From Zootoca vivipara (lineage: Eukaryota), in assembly GCF_963506605.1 (NCBI RefSeq), contig NC_083276.1:69440001-69504000 (forward strand): a stretch of DNA of 64,000 nucleotides, read 5' to 3'. How positions within the stretch are numbered: position 1 is the first letter of the stretch; each line of letters opens with the position of its first letter. Both the position numbers and the translations under genes were made by a program. The notes beneath the pieces were generated by a model. That model was given only the letters and a program-made list of their open reading frames with translations. It was not told the origin of the DNA and searched no databases. Shown here piece by piece: positions 12,676 to 24,619 of the stretch.

Positions 12676-14227
12676 CATGTGAGTGTACGGGTGTTAGAGT
12701 CAGGGAATGATAGCATTGTAGGCATGGTTGCAAGGGGCAATCTTTCACACACATCCCACCATACACACAGAGAGAATCTCCAAACTGAGCCATTAAAAAA
12801 AGCAAAGATAAAGATAAAGTGTTCCAGAATCCGCCAAATATATTAAAAGAGCAATATATAATAGCAATATATTAAAAGAGCTAGCACAGATGACAGTTCA
12901 CTCAAGGGCTTTCTGAAACAGACAAGTCTTAACAAAATGTAAGAAATAACACAACTTGGTGAATGAATACCACCTAGCCACTTCAAAGTTAAATCCAGAG
13001 AATGGTGCGAAAAATCAAATCACAAACTTTACAAGAGTAAATAACTGTATGGCAGATCAGCTGTTAACTACATGCGAGATCTTATTCACAAATCTCCCAC
13101 GTCACGTCTGGTTTGGCCCAGAGAGTCATCACCTTGTTGAAAGGGCTGGTGCATCCCATAGTTGTGCAACGCAAAGCTTTGCCGCAGACAAGTGTTTGCA
13201 TGATTAATGGGACTTCTTTCTCTCTGACATTCAATATGACAAGCTGGGAGTGCAAAGGGATAGAATGGCCGGTAATGAATTGAATTAACCTCAAACCTGC
13301 CTGCCAGAGGGCTCTGATATATTTACACAAGCACCAGATTTATAAGCTATTGCTATCCTGGTCACAAGAGATCTTCCGCAGCACCTTAGATAACCTTATT
13401 TAGTGCTGATATACTACATTTCTCAAACAGCAAATCTCCACTGCTAAGTAGCTGATCAGTTCCCAAACGATTTCCTGTAAAAGATTATGGACTTGCTTAA
13501 TGTTTGTATCCAGTGGCAAAAATGAGGTCAGAACTGGGCCTCAAGTACCGTACATTTCTATTATTTTAGTAGGTCACTCTCTGCAGGGAAGCCAGTACCC
13601 CACTATTATTGTCAAAGGGGCAGACATTCTGCCTTGAGCTAGTGACTAATGGCCCTTGATTTCATTTTCCTGGACTTCTTGATGCAGAGATTGGGATTCA
13701 GTGACTGGTGGGTCAAATTAGTCACTAATAAAGGGATGTTTGTCATTTTAAAAATACAGGTTTCTATCTTCAGAAAACCTCCACAAAGCTAGTTCTGAGA
13801 AGAGAGAGTTTATCAGCGCTTAAGTGAGGGTCTGGTCGATAGAGCTGACACAGATCCTCCCTCAGCAATGTGGCAACCTACTAGAGGGAGATTTAGGGGA
13901 GATGACCGGCTCACCCACAGGAGGTGCTGAGCCAAGAGGGTGCCACAGGCAGTGCCCAACAATGACGAACAATGAAAGGCAAGAAGCAAGAGGCGCCAGA
14001 TTTGGGTGTCACACAGAGCACCAGTGAAAAATTTAAAGCCGAAAGTCCACCACTGCAACATACATACACTGAGAGATGATCCAGGCTGCAGGGTCTCCTA
14101 ATACAACTGGTGGCTTGTACTCTCTAGCAATAAAAGGTGAAGAAGACTGTCACATTGCTTTATTGGGAGCTACATCTAACATCACGTATAATACTGTAAC
14201 ATCAGAAGTGATGGAAATTCTGCAATA

Positions 14228-14398
14228 CAGTCATACCTCGGTTTAAGAACGCTTCGGTTTGAGTACTTTTAGTTTATGTACTCCACGGACCCGTCCGGAA
14301 CAGATTAATCCACTTTCCATTACTTTCAATGGGAAAGTTCGCTTCAGGTTAAGTATGGACTTCCAGAACCAATTACACTCATACCTCGGGTTTTACTG
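14228..14398. mobile_element. pogo/Tigger-like MITE, short
   Basis: cagtcatacctcgg start; interior shared with the 12232 element; degenerate right TIR. Confidence 0.8.
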
Positions 14399-16408
14399 TT
14401 GTTTTCGTTACAAACCACTGAAGAAAAAGGACCACTTTCTGTCCATTTACAAGCTGATGTAGCCTAAAAGTCTTTAGTCAGTATAACCTAAAACTCCTTA
14501 CATTGAAACTCAGATTTCACCTTTCCATTTCACCCAAAGTGCCATTGATTATCACAATTTCTTTCTTTTTCTTTTTTAAAGGTGAGTTAACTGGCATTTA
14601 AGATGTAATTAGGTCATCATCTGTGACGAGTCAAAATTTCCTTCAGGCAAGGCATGTTTTGCCCTCTTCATCAGATCAGGCAGAGTCATGTGGTACCCAC
14701 TGAAAAGCTTACTGTGTAGTGCCCATAATGACATGGGGAAGAAGCAGTCTAGAGCCTGGCCAAACAATTATGCTTGTTGCCACCAGCTCCTTGCTTCTCC
14801 AGCTTTCCAAGCGGCTGTGGGAGGTCTGCAGTCTGGGGGTTGGCTGGTTAGTCGGAAGCTGCAGATAGTTATGAACATTATGCAATAAGTTCCTGCGGCT
14901 ACTACATGCTTCTCTGTCATAAGAATCCACTCACTGAATAGACATTTCATTCATAATGCAAATTACTTAGCTATATTAGGGATGCTACAAATAGCTTCTA
15001 GTAGAGGAAAATGAATGTATTACACATACACACTCTGCATGCAATGTAAAATAAGATTCCTTGAACTAATTCTGCAACACAATTCTGTTTAAAATTACAA
15101 TATTGCGTGTTGAATCAAAGATGCAGGGCCTGTTTTTCATTCTACCTTGTGGATGTCTGACTTGACTAGGAACCAGGTGGTTGCATTAATATATGGAATA
15201 TTTGCCCCTTGGGCCTCTAGCTTATGTATATAAAGGGAGTGCAAGTTATATTTGTACCACATACAATTCAAGGTACATACATTCAAATCCAACCTGAGAT
15301 GCCCATTAAGCACATAAATGGAAAGGGAGCAGTGAATTTTACCTATAGCACAACAAGTATATTGCAGAGGCTTGCAACCACCTCATTTTGACATCTCCTA
15401 ACCCGTTTTTTACTCCAATGCCATTCCAGAGAACACTTGAAGAGAGTTAGCCAAACCTGAGCGTTGGCCTCCTTGAGGTTTTAATGCCTAATTCAAACCC
15501 ACTACAGTCAATGGGAATTGACAGCACAACTTCAGTGATCTAGAACAAACTTTAATGGGCTCTTAGGTGTACATTTAAAATATGTTGTTTTGCTAACATT
15601 TATTCACAGTAAATGAGTGGTTTTGCTTCAGTCAAAATATTTTTGTCAGGAATTCCCCCTTAAGAAAAAATATTGCAATAAATGTTTAAACTATGTTACA
15701 ATCTAAACCCACTGCACTTTCCCAAGTTTCACATTCTTAAGATGGTTCAACAAACCCTTCAAATTTTATTTTATTTTTTAAAAAGAAACATTTTCATACT
15801 TCAAGATGTAGGTGGTGTTTCAGTATATGAGACACAAAGGCATATCCTACATCACATTTCCCACACAGCTTTTTCATTTGCAAAGCCCTGGAGCTGCCAC
15901 CTCCTTATGAAAACATGAGGAACTGATGGTGTATCAAGCACAAATTGAGCTTATTTTAAAATCCCCCCCACAGGTGAATTCCATACTGATATATGAAACT
16001 GAGACCAAGGCACGTACTACAGACACCATCTGGAGGCTGCTTCATTCAGACCATTCCACATGGCAGCTGAGTTCATGCAGCAAGCAAAAAGAAGCAAAGA
16101 CAACAAGGAGCTGTTATACAATCCAAACCAACGTCACGTTAAGTAGGGTGGACCTGTGTGCAGTTATAAAAGGAAGATTCTGCTGTGCCCTCACAGTGGC
16201 TTCTTTGGAACAAAGTGCCCAGCACTGATCTTCCCCATCATTTGTAGGGCTGGAGGATGATCACAAATGCCACCTGCCATGGAAGCAGAAGAAGCTGTGG
16301 GGCACAGAAAGCCCTGGTACCAAGAAACATCATGAGGCAAAATGTGGACAGTCAAAAAAGATGTGGGGGGAACTGGATGAGATATTGAGGTGCATGGCAG
16401 AATGGGGG

Positions 16409-16610
16409 CAGTGTGGTGTAGTAGCCAGAGAGTTGGACTAGGACCTCAAATCTCCACTCAAACCATAAAGTTCACTGGGTGACCACAGGCCAGTTGCTGT
16501 GTCTAATCCTAACCTATCTTGGAGGGCTTAGTGAGGATAAAATGTGGGGGGGAGAGAGAGCTTTGAGCTCCTTGAAGGAAAATGAAATACAATAAACAAA
16601 CAAATAAATG
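16409..16610 (+). mobile_element. Old MIR/Squam3-like SINE
   Basis: cagtgtggtgtagt head, ctgggtgacc..ggccagt core, gtgaggataaaatg. Confidence 0.6.
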
Positions 16611-17347
16611 AAATGTTAACAGCTGTCAGGGTCCCCTTGAAGTTTCCCCTTTGTTTGCAAAATTTGTCTGAGAATATGTTGAGGATGCTACTCAAGCAGG
16701 CAATAGTAGTTGCTATGTCCCTTATTTGACAGATCCTCTAATCAGAGTATTTTCTAGAAGGAAAGCCTCAAGAGCTGTTTAAAAGTGTTTATTCTGAATA
16801 TGACAGAAATAACTTTGGAAGGGCAACTATTCATCTTGGGCTTCCATCTCCTAGAGAGAAACACAAGGTCACTCAAATGTCAACATACTGCTGTAGTAAG
16901 GTTCAGACAGATGCTTGAGAGTGCTGTAAGAAATGAAAAACAGTTTCACTCTTGCTTTTTTTATTGTGGTGCTTTGCTTTGAAATGGCTTTGAAATACTC
17001 TTAGCAGCCTGAAGAGGCGATGACTGAGCTGACATATGGCATGTTCAAATTGTGTTACAGGCCAAACCCCTCTGTGCTAGGAGTTCAGCATCACTTATGC
17101 CAGCTCCGTGACAGAGGCTTGGTTTACTCTGTGTGCAAGGAAAAGGACAATCCAATAGGTCAGGATAAAAGGCGGGAGTGCAAATGCAAAGGGGGGAGGG
17201 CAACCACAGAATCCTCACAAATATTGATAGATATATGCAGCACCACACAGAGATGAAAGCACTATTGTCATTTCTTAAACAGCAAGTGTTGCATGCCAAC
17301 CCCTTCTAAGAAACTTGCTGCATTTGTATTTTGAGGAGAACAGAATA

Positions 17348-17578
17348 CAGTGGTACCTCGGGTTACAGATGCTTCAAGTTACAGATGCTTCAGGTTACAG
17401 ACTCCGCTAACCCAGAAATAGTACTTTGGGTTAAGAACTTTACTTCAGGATGAGAACAGAAATCGTGCGGCGGCGGCAGGAGGCCCCACTAGCTAAAGTG
17501 GTACCTCAGGTTAAGAACAGTTTCAGGTTAAGAACAGACCTCCAGAACGAATTAAGTTCTTAACCCGAGGTACCACTC
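17348..17578. mobile_element. pogo/Tigger-like MITE
   Basis: CAGTGGTACCTCGGGTTA..TAACCCGAGGTACCACT(C), TA TSD. Confidence 0.92.
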
Positions 17579-17644
17579 TACACTCTAAACTTTAGGACAG
17601 ATTCACATACTGGCCTTCTGCATTGCAGCAAGCAATATCCATAG

Positions 17645-17780
17645 CAGGCATCCCCAAACTGCGGCCCTCCAGATGTTTTGGCCTACAACTCCCACGATCC
17701 CTAGCTAACAGGACCAGTGGCTGGGGAAGATGGGAATTGTAGTCCAAAACATCTGGAGGGCCGAAGTTTGGGGATGCCTG
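17645..17780. mobile_element. 136-bp hAT MITE
   Basis: TIR CAGGCATCCCCAAACT; TSD ATCCATAG. Confidence 0.93.
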
Positions 17781-18170
17781 ATCCATAGGAATGTGACATT
17801 GTGTGTCAGAAGATCTGGCGTGTCTTGCCTTGTGTAGATCTAATGAGCCAACTAGGCTGCCAGGCAGGGGCATAGTGCTGTTCTCTCATGTGGAGAGAGG
17901 CAATCTTTGAGGAGAAGATGCAACCAATGTTCCTTCCACCTCATTTCCCCACTGGCCCCTTCATCTTGCCGCTGCCTCCATCTGCTATGGGGCAAAACTG
18001 AAGTCCTACTTACCACCACAAGCACAGGAGGAGGAGGAAAGGCAAAGGGACCAGTGAAAAAAACAGGACAGGAAGCCCAGCAACTGTTGTGCTTTCTTGT
18101 TACCATAGAGATTTTAAAGAGACGGACAACAAGAGTTCTGGGTTGACAGATGGCAATGCAGGGGTTACTG

Positions 18171-18306
18171 CAGGCTCCCTCAACCTCGGCCCTTCAGATG
18201 TTTTGAGACTACAATTCCCATCATCCCTGACCATTGGTCCTGCTAGCTAGGGACCATGGGAGTTGTAGGCCAAAAACATCTGGCGGGCCAAGGTTGAGGA
18301 AGCCTG
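18171..18306. mobile_element. 136-bp hAT MITE (second TIR type)
   Basis: TIR CAGGCT(T/C)CCTCAACCT; TSD GGTTACTG. Confidence 0.93.
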
Positions 18307-19602
18307 GGTTACTGTATTTACTAGACCAAAGCAAGACACTACCAAGGAGTAACTACAGTTTAACAAAGCCACACATGGTAACTACGTCCTGGGTTAAATA
18401 TAATGAAGAAGGGGGGTGGGGAAGTCATGTGTGCTGAAAATCTGTTGAGAGTGCAGTGGATTGGAATAGGACAGCATGAGATGTAACGGTTTACTAGCCC
18501 AAGTCATGACAAAACTGAACTTCATTCTGTAGAAAACAAAACACTGTTATAATGCTGGCATTACATGCTTCTTTGTGGTTTAGCGGAGCACTATCATTTG
18601 AACACAGTATTCCAGTGCAATTTATTCCACAGAGGTTCACTTGCCTAAGAAGCACACAGACAGAACCATTTCAAAAAAATCAGAGTGAGCTGTCAACGAT
18701 CTCATTAGTTTGCTGCTTGAAATGCTGACTGCAGGGCCTGTTCCTTGAATTGTTATATGCATTCTATAAATGCCAAAGTCTTGTTTGGTATATATTCAAC
18801 ATTTGTCAGCTGGGATTAATATACAGAATTTTGGACTTGTAAAGCAGGAGTGGGGAGCAACTGTCTCTCTTCCTTCACCATTCCTGGTACTAACATTTGA
18901 ACAAGCAAAAACTCTGGCCTTTAGCAGCACTCCTTTCTGAGAGCTGTGCAGCAAACAGGACCAAAATGTCAACATGCCAGCTCATCTTTGCTTTTCTCAC
19001 AGATCGCGCTGCCAATGAATGGAAAGATTTGTTCAACGTAAAGGGCCTTGCATCAAAGCAACTTGCTTTATCAGTTCCAAGGAGATACTAACAAAAATTA
19101 ATGGCAAACTCCCAAAGATACACATGATTATTCCGGCCTCCTTCCTCTTTCCTCATAAATTTATTGATTGGTAATTAGCATTTTCCATGAAGGGAAACCT
19201 CTCCAGCAGGGACACACAAACTACTGAGAAGAAAAGCAATGGTGAAAGCTAGGGTACAGGATATTTGTGGGCTTAGAGAAAAGGCAGACACTTTTTCTTC
19301 CCACTCTCACCTGCCAAGACGAGAACCACATGAGAGATCCACTGCCAAGCTGGTCTAAAACCAGGTTTCAACAGCTGCAAAAGGCACGTGGAAAAACAGC
19401 AAAGGCTGAAAACACCTAATAATGTGGGCTGCACAAACCAGAAATGGAGCAGTATCGAATAAAATATATCCACTAGGCAAGGATTTGTCTTTGCACAATG
19501 AAACTTCTTCCCCTACCCCCAAATCTGTTCTAGGGGGTTCCCCCAAGTCTCCACCACAGATTTGGAGAGAGTGTGATGGACACAGGAAGAAGTGAATGCA
19601 GT

Positions 19603-20266
19603 GTCTTGTTTAGTCGTTTAGTCGTGTCCGACTCTTCGTGACCCCATGGACCATAGCACGCCAGGCAATCCTGTCTTGCACTGCCTCCCGTAGTTTGGTC
19701 AAACTCATGTTCGTAGCTTCGAGAACACTGTCCAACCATCTTGTCCTCTGTCGTCCCCTTCTCCTAGTGCCCTCAATCTTTCCCAACATCAGGGTCTTTT
19801 CCAAGGATTCTTCTCTTCTCATGAGGTGGCCAAAGTATTGGAGCCTCAGCTTCACGATCTGTCCTTCCAGGGAGCACTCAGGGCTGATTTCCTTAAGAAT
19901 TGATAGGTTTGATCTTCTAGCAGTCCATGGGACTCTCAAGAGTCTCCTCCAGCACCATAATTCAAAAGCATCAATTCTTCGGCGATCAGCCTTCTTTATG
20001 GTCCAGCTCTCACTTCCATACATCACTACTGGGAAAACCATAGCTTTAACTATACGGACCTTCGTCGGCAAGGTGATGTCTCTGCTTTTTAAGATGCTGT
20101 CTAGGTTTGTCATTGCTTTTCTCCCAAGAAGCAGGCGTCTTTTAATTTCGTGACTGCTGTCACCATCTGCAGTGATCAAGGAGCCCAAGAAAGTAAAATC
20201 TCTCACTGCCTCCATTTCTTCCCCTTCTATTTGCCAGGAGGTGATGGGACCAGTGGCCATGATCTT
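19603..20266 (-). mobile_element. BovB LINE, 5'-truncated, young
   Basis: Uninterrupted ORF2 C-terminus to the natural stop (..KSRTRLND*). Perfect 32-bp TSD at 19571-19602 and 20267-20298. Confidence 0.97.
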
Positions 20267-20576
20267 GTGTGATGGACACAGGAAGAAGTGAATGCAGTAC
20301 ACCCCCCAAAAAATGAAAGCATTCCTAAGAGCATGTGGAATACAACAGACTAAAAACAAAGAACTACCAGTAAATCCTTGGCTCACGGACAAGAGTTAGA
20401 TGACCAATCCAATATACACACCAAGAAGTGGAGGATTATCAAATGGATTATTCCTGAAAGAACATTTGAGTGCTTTCTCCAGGGTCAAATGAGCCAAAAT
20501 ATTATTTGCTATGATTTCCCTAGGCTAGACTATATTGAACAGTTTTAGTACAGATGCTTTAGGTACTGTACTGCAT

Positions 20577-20925
20577 AAAGGTAAAGGTAAAGGGATCCCT
20601 GACCATTAGGTCCAGTCGTGACTGACTCTGGGGTTGCGGCGCTCATCACATTATTGGCCGAGGGAGCCAGCGTACAGCTTCCAGGTCATGTGGCCAGCAT
20701 GACAAAGCCGCTTCTGGCGAACCAGAGGAGCACACGGAAACGCCGTTTACCTTCCCACTGTAGCTATTTATCTACTTGCACTTTGACGTGCTTTCGAGCT
20801 GCTAGGTTGGTAGGAGCTGGGACCGAACAATGGGAGCTCACCCCATCGCAGAGATTCGAACCGCCCACCTTCTGATCAGTAAGCCCTAGGCTCTGTGGTT
20901 TAACCCACAGCACCATCCACGTCCC
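20577..20925 (-). mobile_element. Sauria SINE, full length
   Basis: Reverse complement of the same family with an (ACCTTT)n tail. Confidence 0.93.
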
Positions 20926-23900
20926 TTTACATTTGCATAGCTGGCAATATAGCTCTCAAGAATAAAAAACAACAGCAATAAATGCATATGAAAAGAATAG
21001 GAGAGTTTAGTTATTGCTTCCATCCTGGCTTTAGCTCTTCAGAACACAGCCCTTTGGGAACAGCCCTTTGGGATCAGACCAGAGGTCTAGCCAGATGCCT
21101 GCAAGTAAGGCATGACCACAACAGACCACAACTACTCATGATCCCAGGCAAGTGGGGTGTTCAGAGGCACGTCACCTCTGCACTTGGAGGTAATATATAC
21201 CCATCTTGAGCAGTAGTCATTGATAGGCTTACAGTGCAGTCCTAACCATCTCTACTCAGAAGTAAGCCCAAGTGAAGTTAGGGGTGCAGCCTTATTTTCC
21301 TTCATGGAAGCTTCCCTACTAAGTCAAATAGCAGGGGAAGAGGGACCCAGTTTGAAATAGGGGCTAAGTGTTAAAACAAAAATCCTCCATGATGACAACA
21401 TGCACACCTGTGGCTGTTTTTTCTTTCTTTCTGAGAATACATCAGGAAATTGTTATAAACATCACTTCTAGCTTGGTCCATAAGCATGTGTAGAATTTCC
21501 GTGCCAGCTCATAACTTATCTATTTGCCCAGGCATTTTAAAGTTGGCATTTAGTATGCTCTAATTATTATTAGTTGCATCTAATTGGTTCCCCCCCCCCT
21601 TATTATACTTGTATTGTACTGTTCTTTGTGGAATGTTTAATTTCATCCATGCCTATTGTGCACCAGCCTGGTATCTGCATGGATAACGAACAGTCTAGAA
21701 ATGCTTTTAATAATAATGAAAAAGAAAATTAGAAACCCAAAAATAAAAATACAAAAAGCCATGAGGGGGATTGTAAATCTTTTTTTAAAAAAAACCAAAC
21801 ATGGCTTTTTAAAAATACTATAGGCAGAAAACCATTTTCCAGGTTTTTCTACAAGCTAAAATGACACTCATTTCACAGCTGTCACATGGATGGCAAAACT
21901 CTTCAATAGGGGAAAGATACTGTATCCCCAAAACTCTATGTGGCAAGAAACACACCTGGAAGTGATTCTCACTCAAATGGGGATACTGGAAATCTGCTTG
22001 AAAAATGGGGCTTCAGGTTTATCGTCTCCCCTCTTCTCCCATTTGCTTCCCACCCCAACATGCCTCACCCCAGAGGATAATCCAACACAAATGAAGGGTA
22101 TGTGAATAGGGGGAGAAGAAAAAGGCCCTGTTGCACATGTGGATGCCTATTGATGCTACAATGGATGTCACCTATTTAGCTAGAAACAGGATGTACCAAT
22201 CAAACTGCTTTGGGCTGGAATGTATGCAGATTCTCATCATCTGGATTGTGAAGATTCCGTAACATCTGGACAGGAAGGGGAAATGATTCCTTGACACCAG
22301 AAGGGGAAAAGAGTGAAAGGTTTTCACAAACTAGGTATACCATGGTTGTGCCTGAAGTTTACATAGTCCAAAGTCTTTCATGCTTACCCGCAAACCAGAT
22401 ACATATAAGGGAAGTGAGGGAATGGTAATGTGAATGAACATCACACAGAAGCAGCAGTGCTTCTTGGATTATACCAATTCTTATTCAGATAATGTTGCAA
22501 AGCCCGAAAACAACAAAGACAGAACGAATGTGCTAACTATACATACCCAAACCTACTTAAGTGATCAAAGCTCAATGGAAGTACAATAAGGACTAGAGCA
22601 GTGCCACAACACATTTGTAGAGTGATACATCATTGGATTGAACTCTGTTTGTTGAAGCCTGCTTTTAGAATACAGCTTCAAACAGAATACATGTTTTTTC
22701 TGTTTAGGGCTAGATTAAGATATTATATTTTGACAGTCTCACAAATCTTCTGTCTATAATGTTTGTGCATTGCTGCGATGGAGGAAGCATTTTTCCCCCC
22801 CATATACTGTAATGTGAATTCATTTATTTTACTCCCAACTGGGGCATTTTCAACATTGCTTCTGGTGTACAGTGTCAAGTTTTACAGGCTTCTCCTGCAA
22901 AGGAGAAAAACATTATTATTTTGAACAGCCACTGTTTGTTTGAGTCTTCAGAGAAGGTTCTAATTTGTGGATGCCAGAGCTCAGTGCAAGAAATCTATTT
23001 TCAATCCTCAAGTTAAATCACAGGACATATGAAACAATAATAAATAGAAGTAATTCGGAACATGTTCAGAGTGATATACCCTTTCCACTGAGTGACCACA
23101 TTCTGTCCCCAAACACTTTAAGGAATGTGTCTTCAAGGACAGATGGTATTGCTTTAGGCAGACTTGAAACACTCTTTCTCATCCCATCCTCTCCGTCAGG
23201 AGCATATATCTGTATCTAAACAGGAAGATACAGATATGTTTTGCAAGCATCCAAACAGAAAACCAATGTTTTAACCATAGAGCCTTCCAGAAATAAACAC
23301 ACAAAGCTTATATCAGTTTTGTTTTAAATTTGTTCCAGAGTAATTGTGAAACAAACACTGAACTAGAACACACATTTGCTTTTCCTTCCAAATTCTCTCC
23401 CACATTAACGGAATTCAAACTGAACACAAATGCTCCTCTTCTCATATCACTGCTCCTCTTTCTTGGTATAATCCAAGAAGCACTGCTGCAATATACTGGG
23501 GATCCGACTTCAAGACCCCCCAAAAAACCCTTTAATTTTAACTTTGGTCTGGATTACAGACCTTAATTGTCTCACTAAAACTCCAAGTCAATTGTTACTT
23601 TAAGAACACATTCATTTTATGAATAATAATCTTTTATGTTCTATTTTAAAACCCCATTTTGGAATACAGTTCCAATTTGTGCTATGCTCCCAGGTAGCAC
23701 CTGCCCACATATCACCAAGATTCTTTTACACAATACAAATTTGGGGGAAATTCAAATTGTCAGAAGGATAGCCTGATGCTTGTGGAATTCCATAATAATA
23801 CAGAAGTGATAAGTAGAGTGAAATGTTCTAAGAATCATGCCCTGTCTTGCCACCAGAAGTATTAACACTGTGTAAATCTTAATTAGGATTGTAATTTGCA

Positions 23901-24476
23901 AGAAGTTTAATACTTTGCAATTTGTACATCACATTGCATTTAAATCAGGGTGTATATGGGGTTCTGCTGTAAGACTAAATCTATTTGGTATTGCCGAAAA
24001 ACAAACTCACCATCAATTCATTGCTTCCTTTTTAATACTAATTAGTACATACATAGTACTCATTCATTTTTAATCACACACCTGTAATTTTAAAAAGTCA
24101 TTGTGTTAATTTCATTGTAGTCATATTTATTTGCATTTAATTCCTTTATACTGCCCACAAGCATAAATATCAAGGCAATGCACAGCATAAAATACTGCAA
24201 AACAATACAAAATAATCACAATAATGATAGGCTTTTCTAAAACAGATAATTGAACTGGATAGGCCTGCCAGCATTATTCCAGCAGTGTTTTGTACAGGAA
24301 GAAAAAACACACCACATGAATTTCAAAAGCCCATTATGCCATTTATTCTATTGTTAAGCACTAGATGAGAGGGGTAGGCAGCAGCTAGTGTCTGCCCTGG
24401 ATTCCTATTATCTTCTAAATAACATTCAAGGTGTTGACCCTGACTTATAAAAAACTAAAACAGAGAACTTTACAAA

Positions 24477-24619
24477 NNNNNNNNNNNNNNNNNNNNNNNN
24501 NNNNNNNNNNNNNNNNNNNNNNNNNNNNNNNNNNNNNNNNNNNNNNNNNNNNNNNNNNNNNNNNNNNNNNNNNNNNNNNNNNNNNNNNNNNNNNNNNNNN
24601 NNNNNNNNNNNNNNNNNNN
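24477..24619. other. Assembly gap (143 N)
   Basis: Run of n. Confidence 1.

Noticed and set aside
19638-20153. Recurring antisense ORF MTPWT..HLVLCRPLLL.. (also at 4301 and 56627)
   Set aside because: Simply the opposite strand of the BovB copies.
19610-20392. 260-aa ORF as an intact RT gene or exonised fusion with TUB
   Set aside because: Only a truncated BovB C-terminus with N-terminal read-through from flank. The nearby AAG acceptor would join TUB exon 1 out of frame with it.
22388-22404. Minus-strand ATG TAT CTG GTT TGC GG|gtaagc, in frame with TUB exon 2
   Set aside because: Weak start context and no promoter-like features. It shows the chance rate of such pairs.
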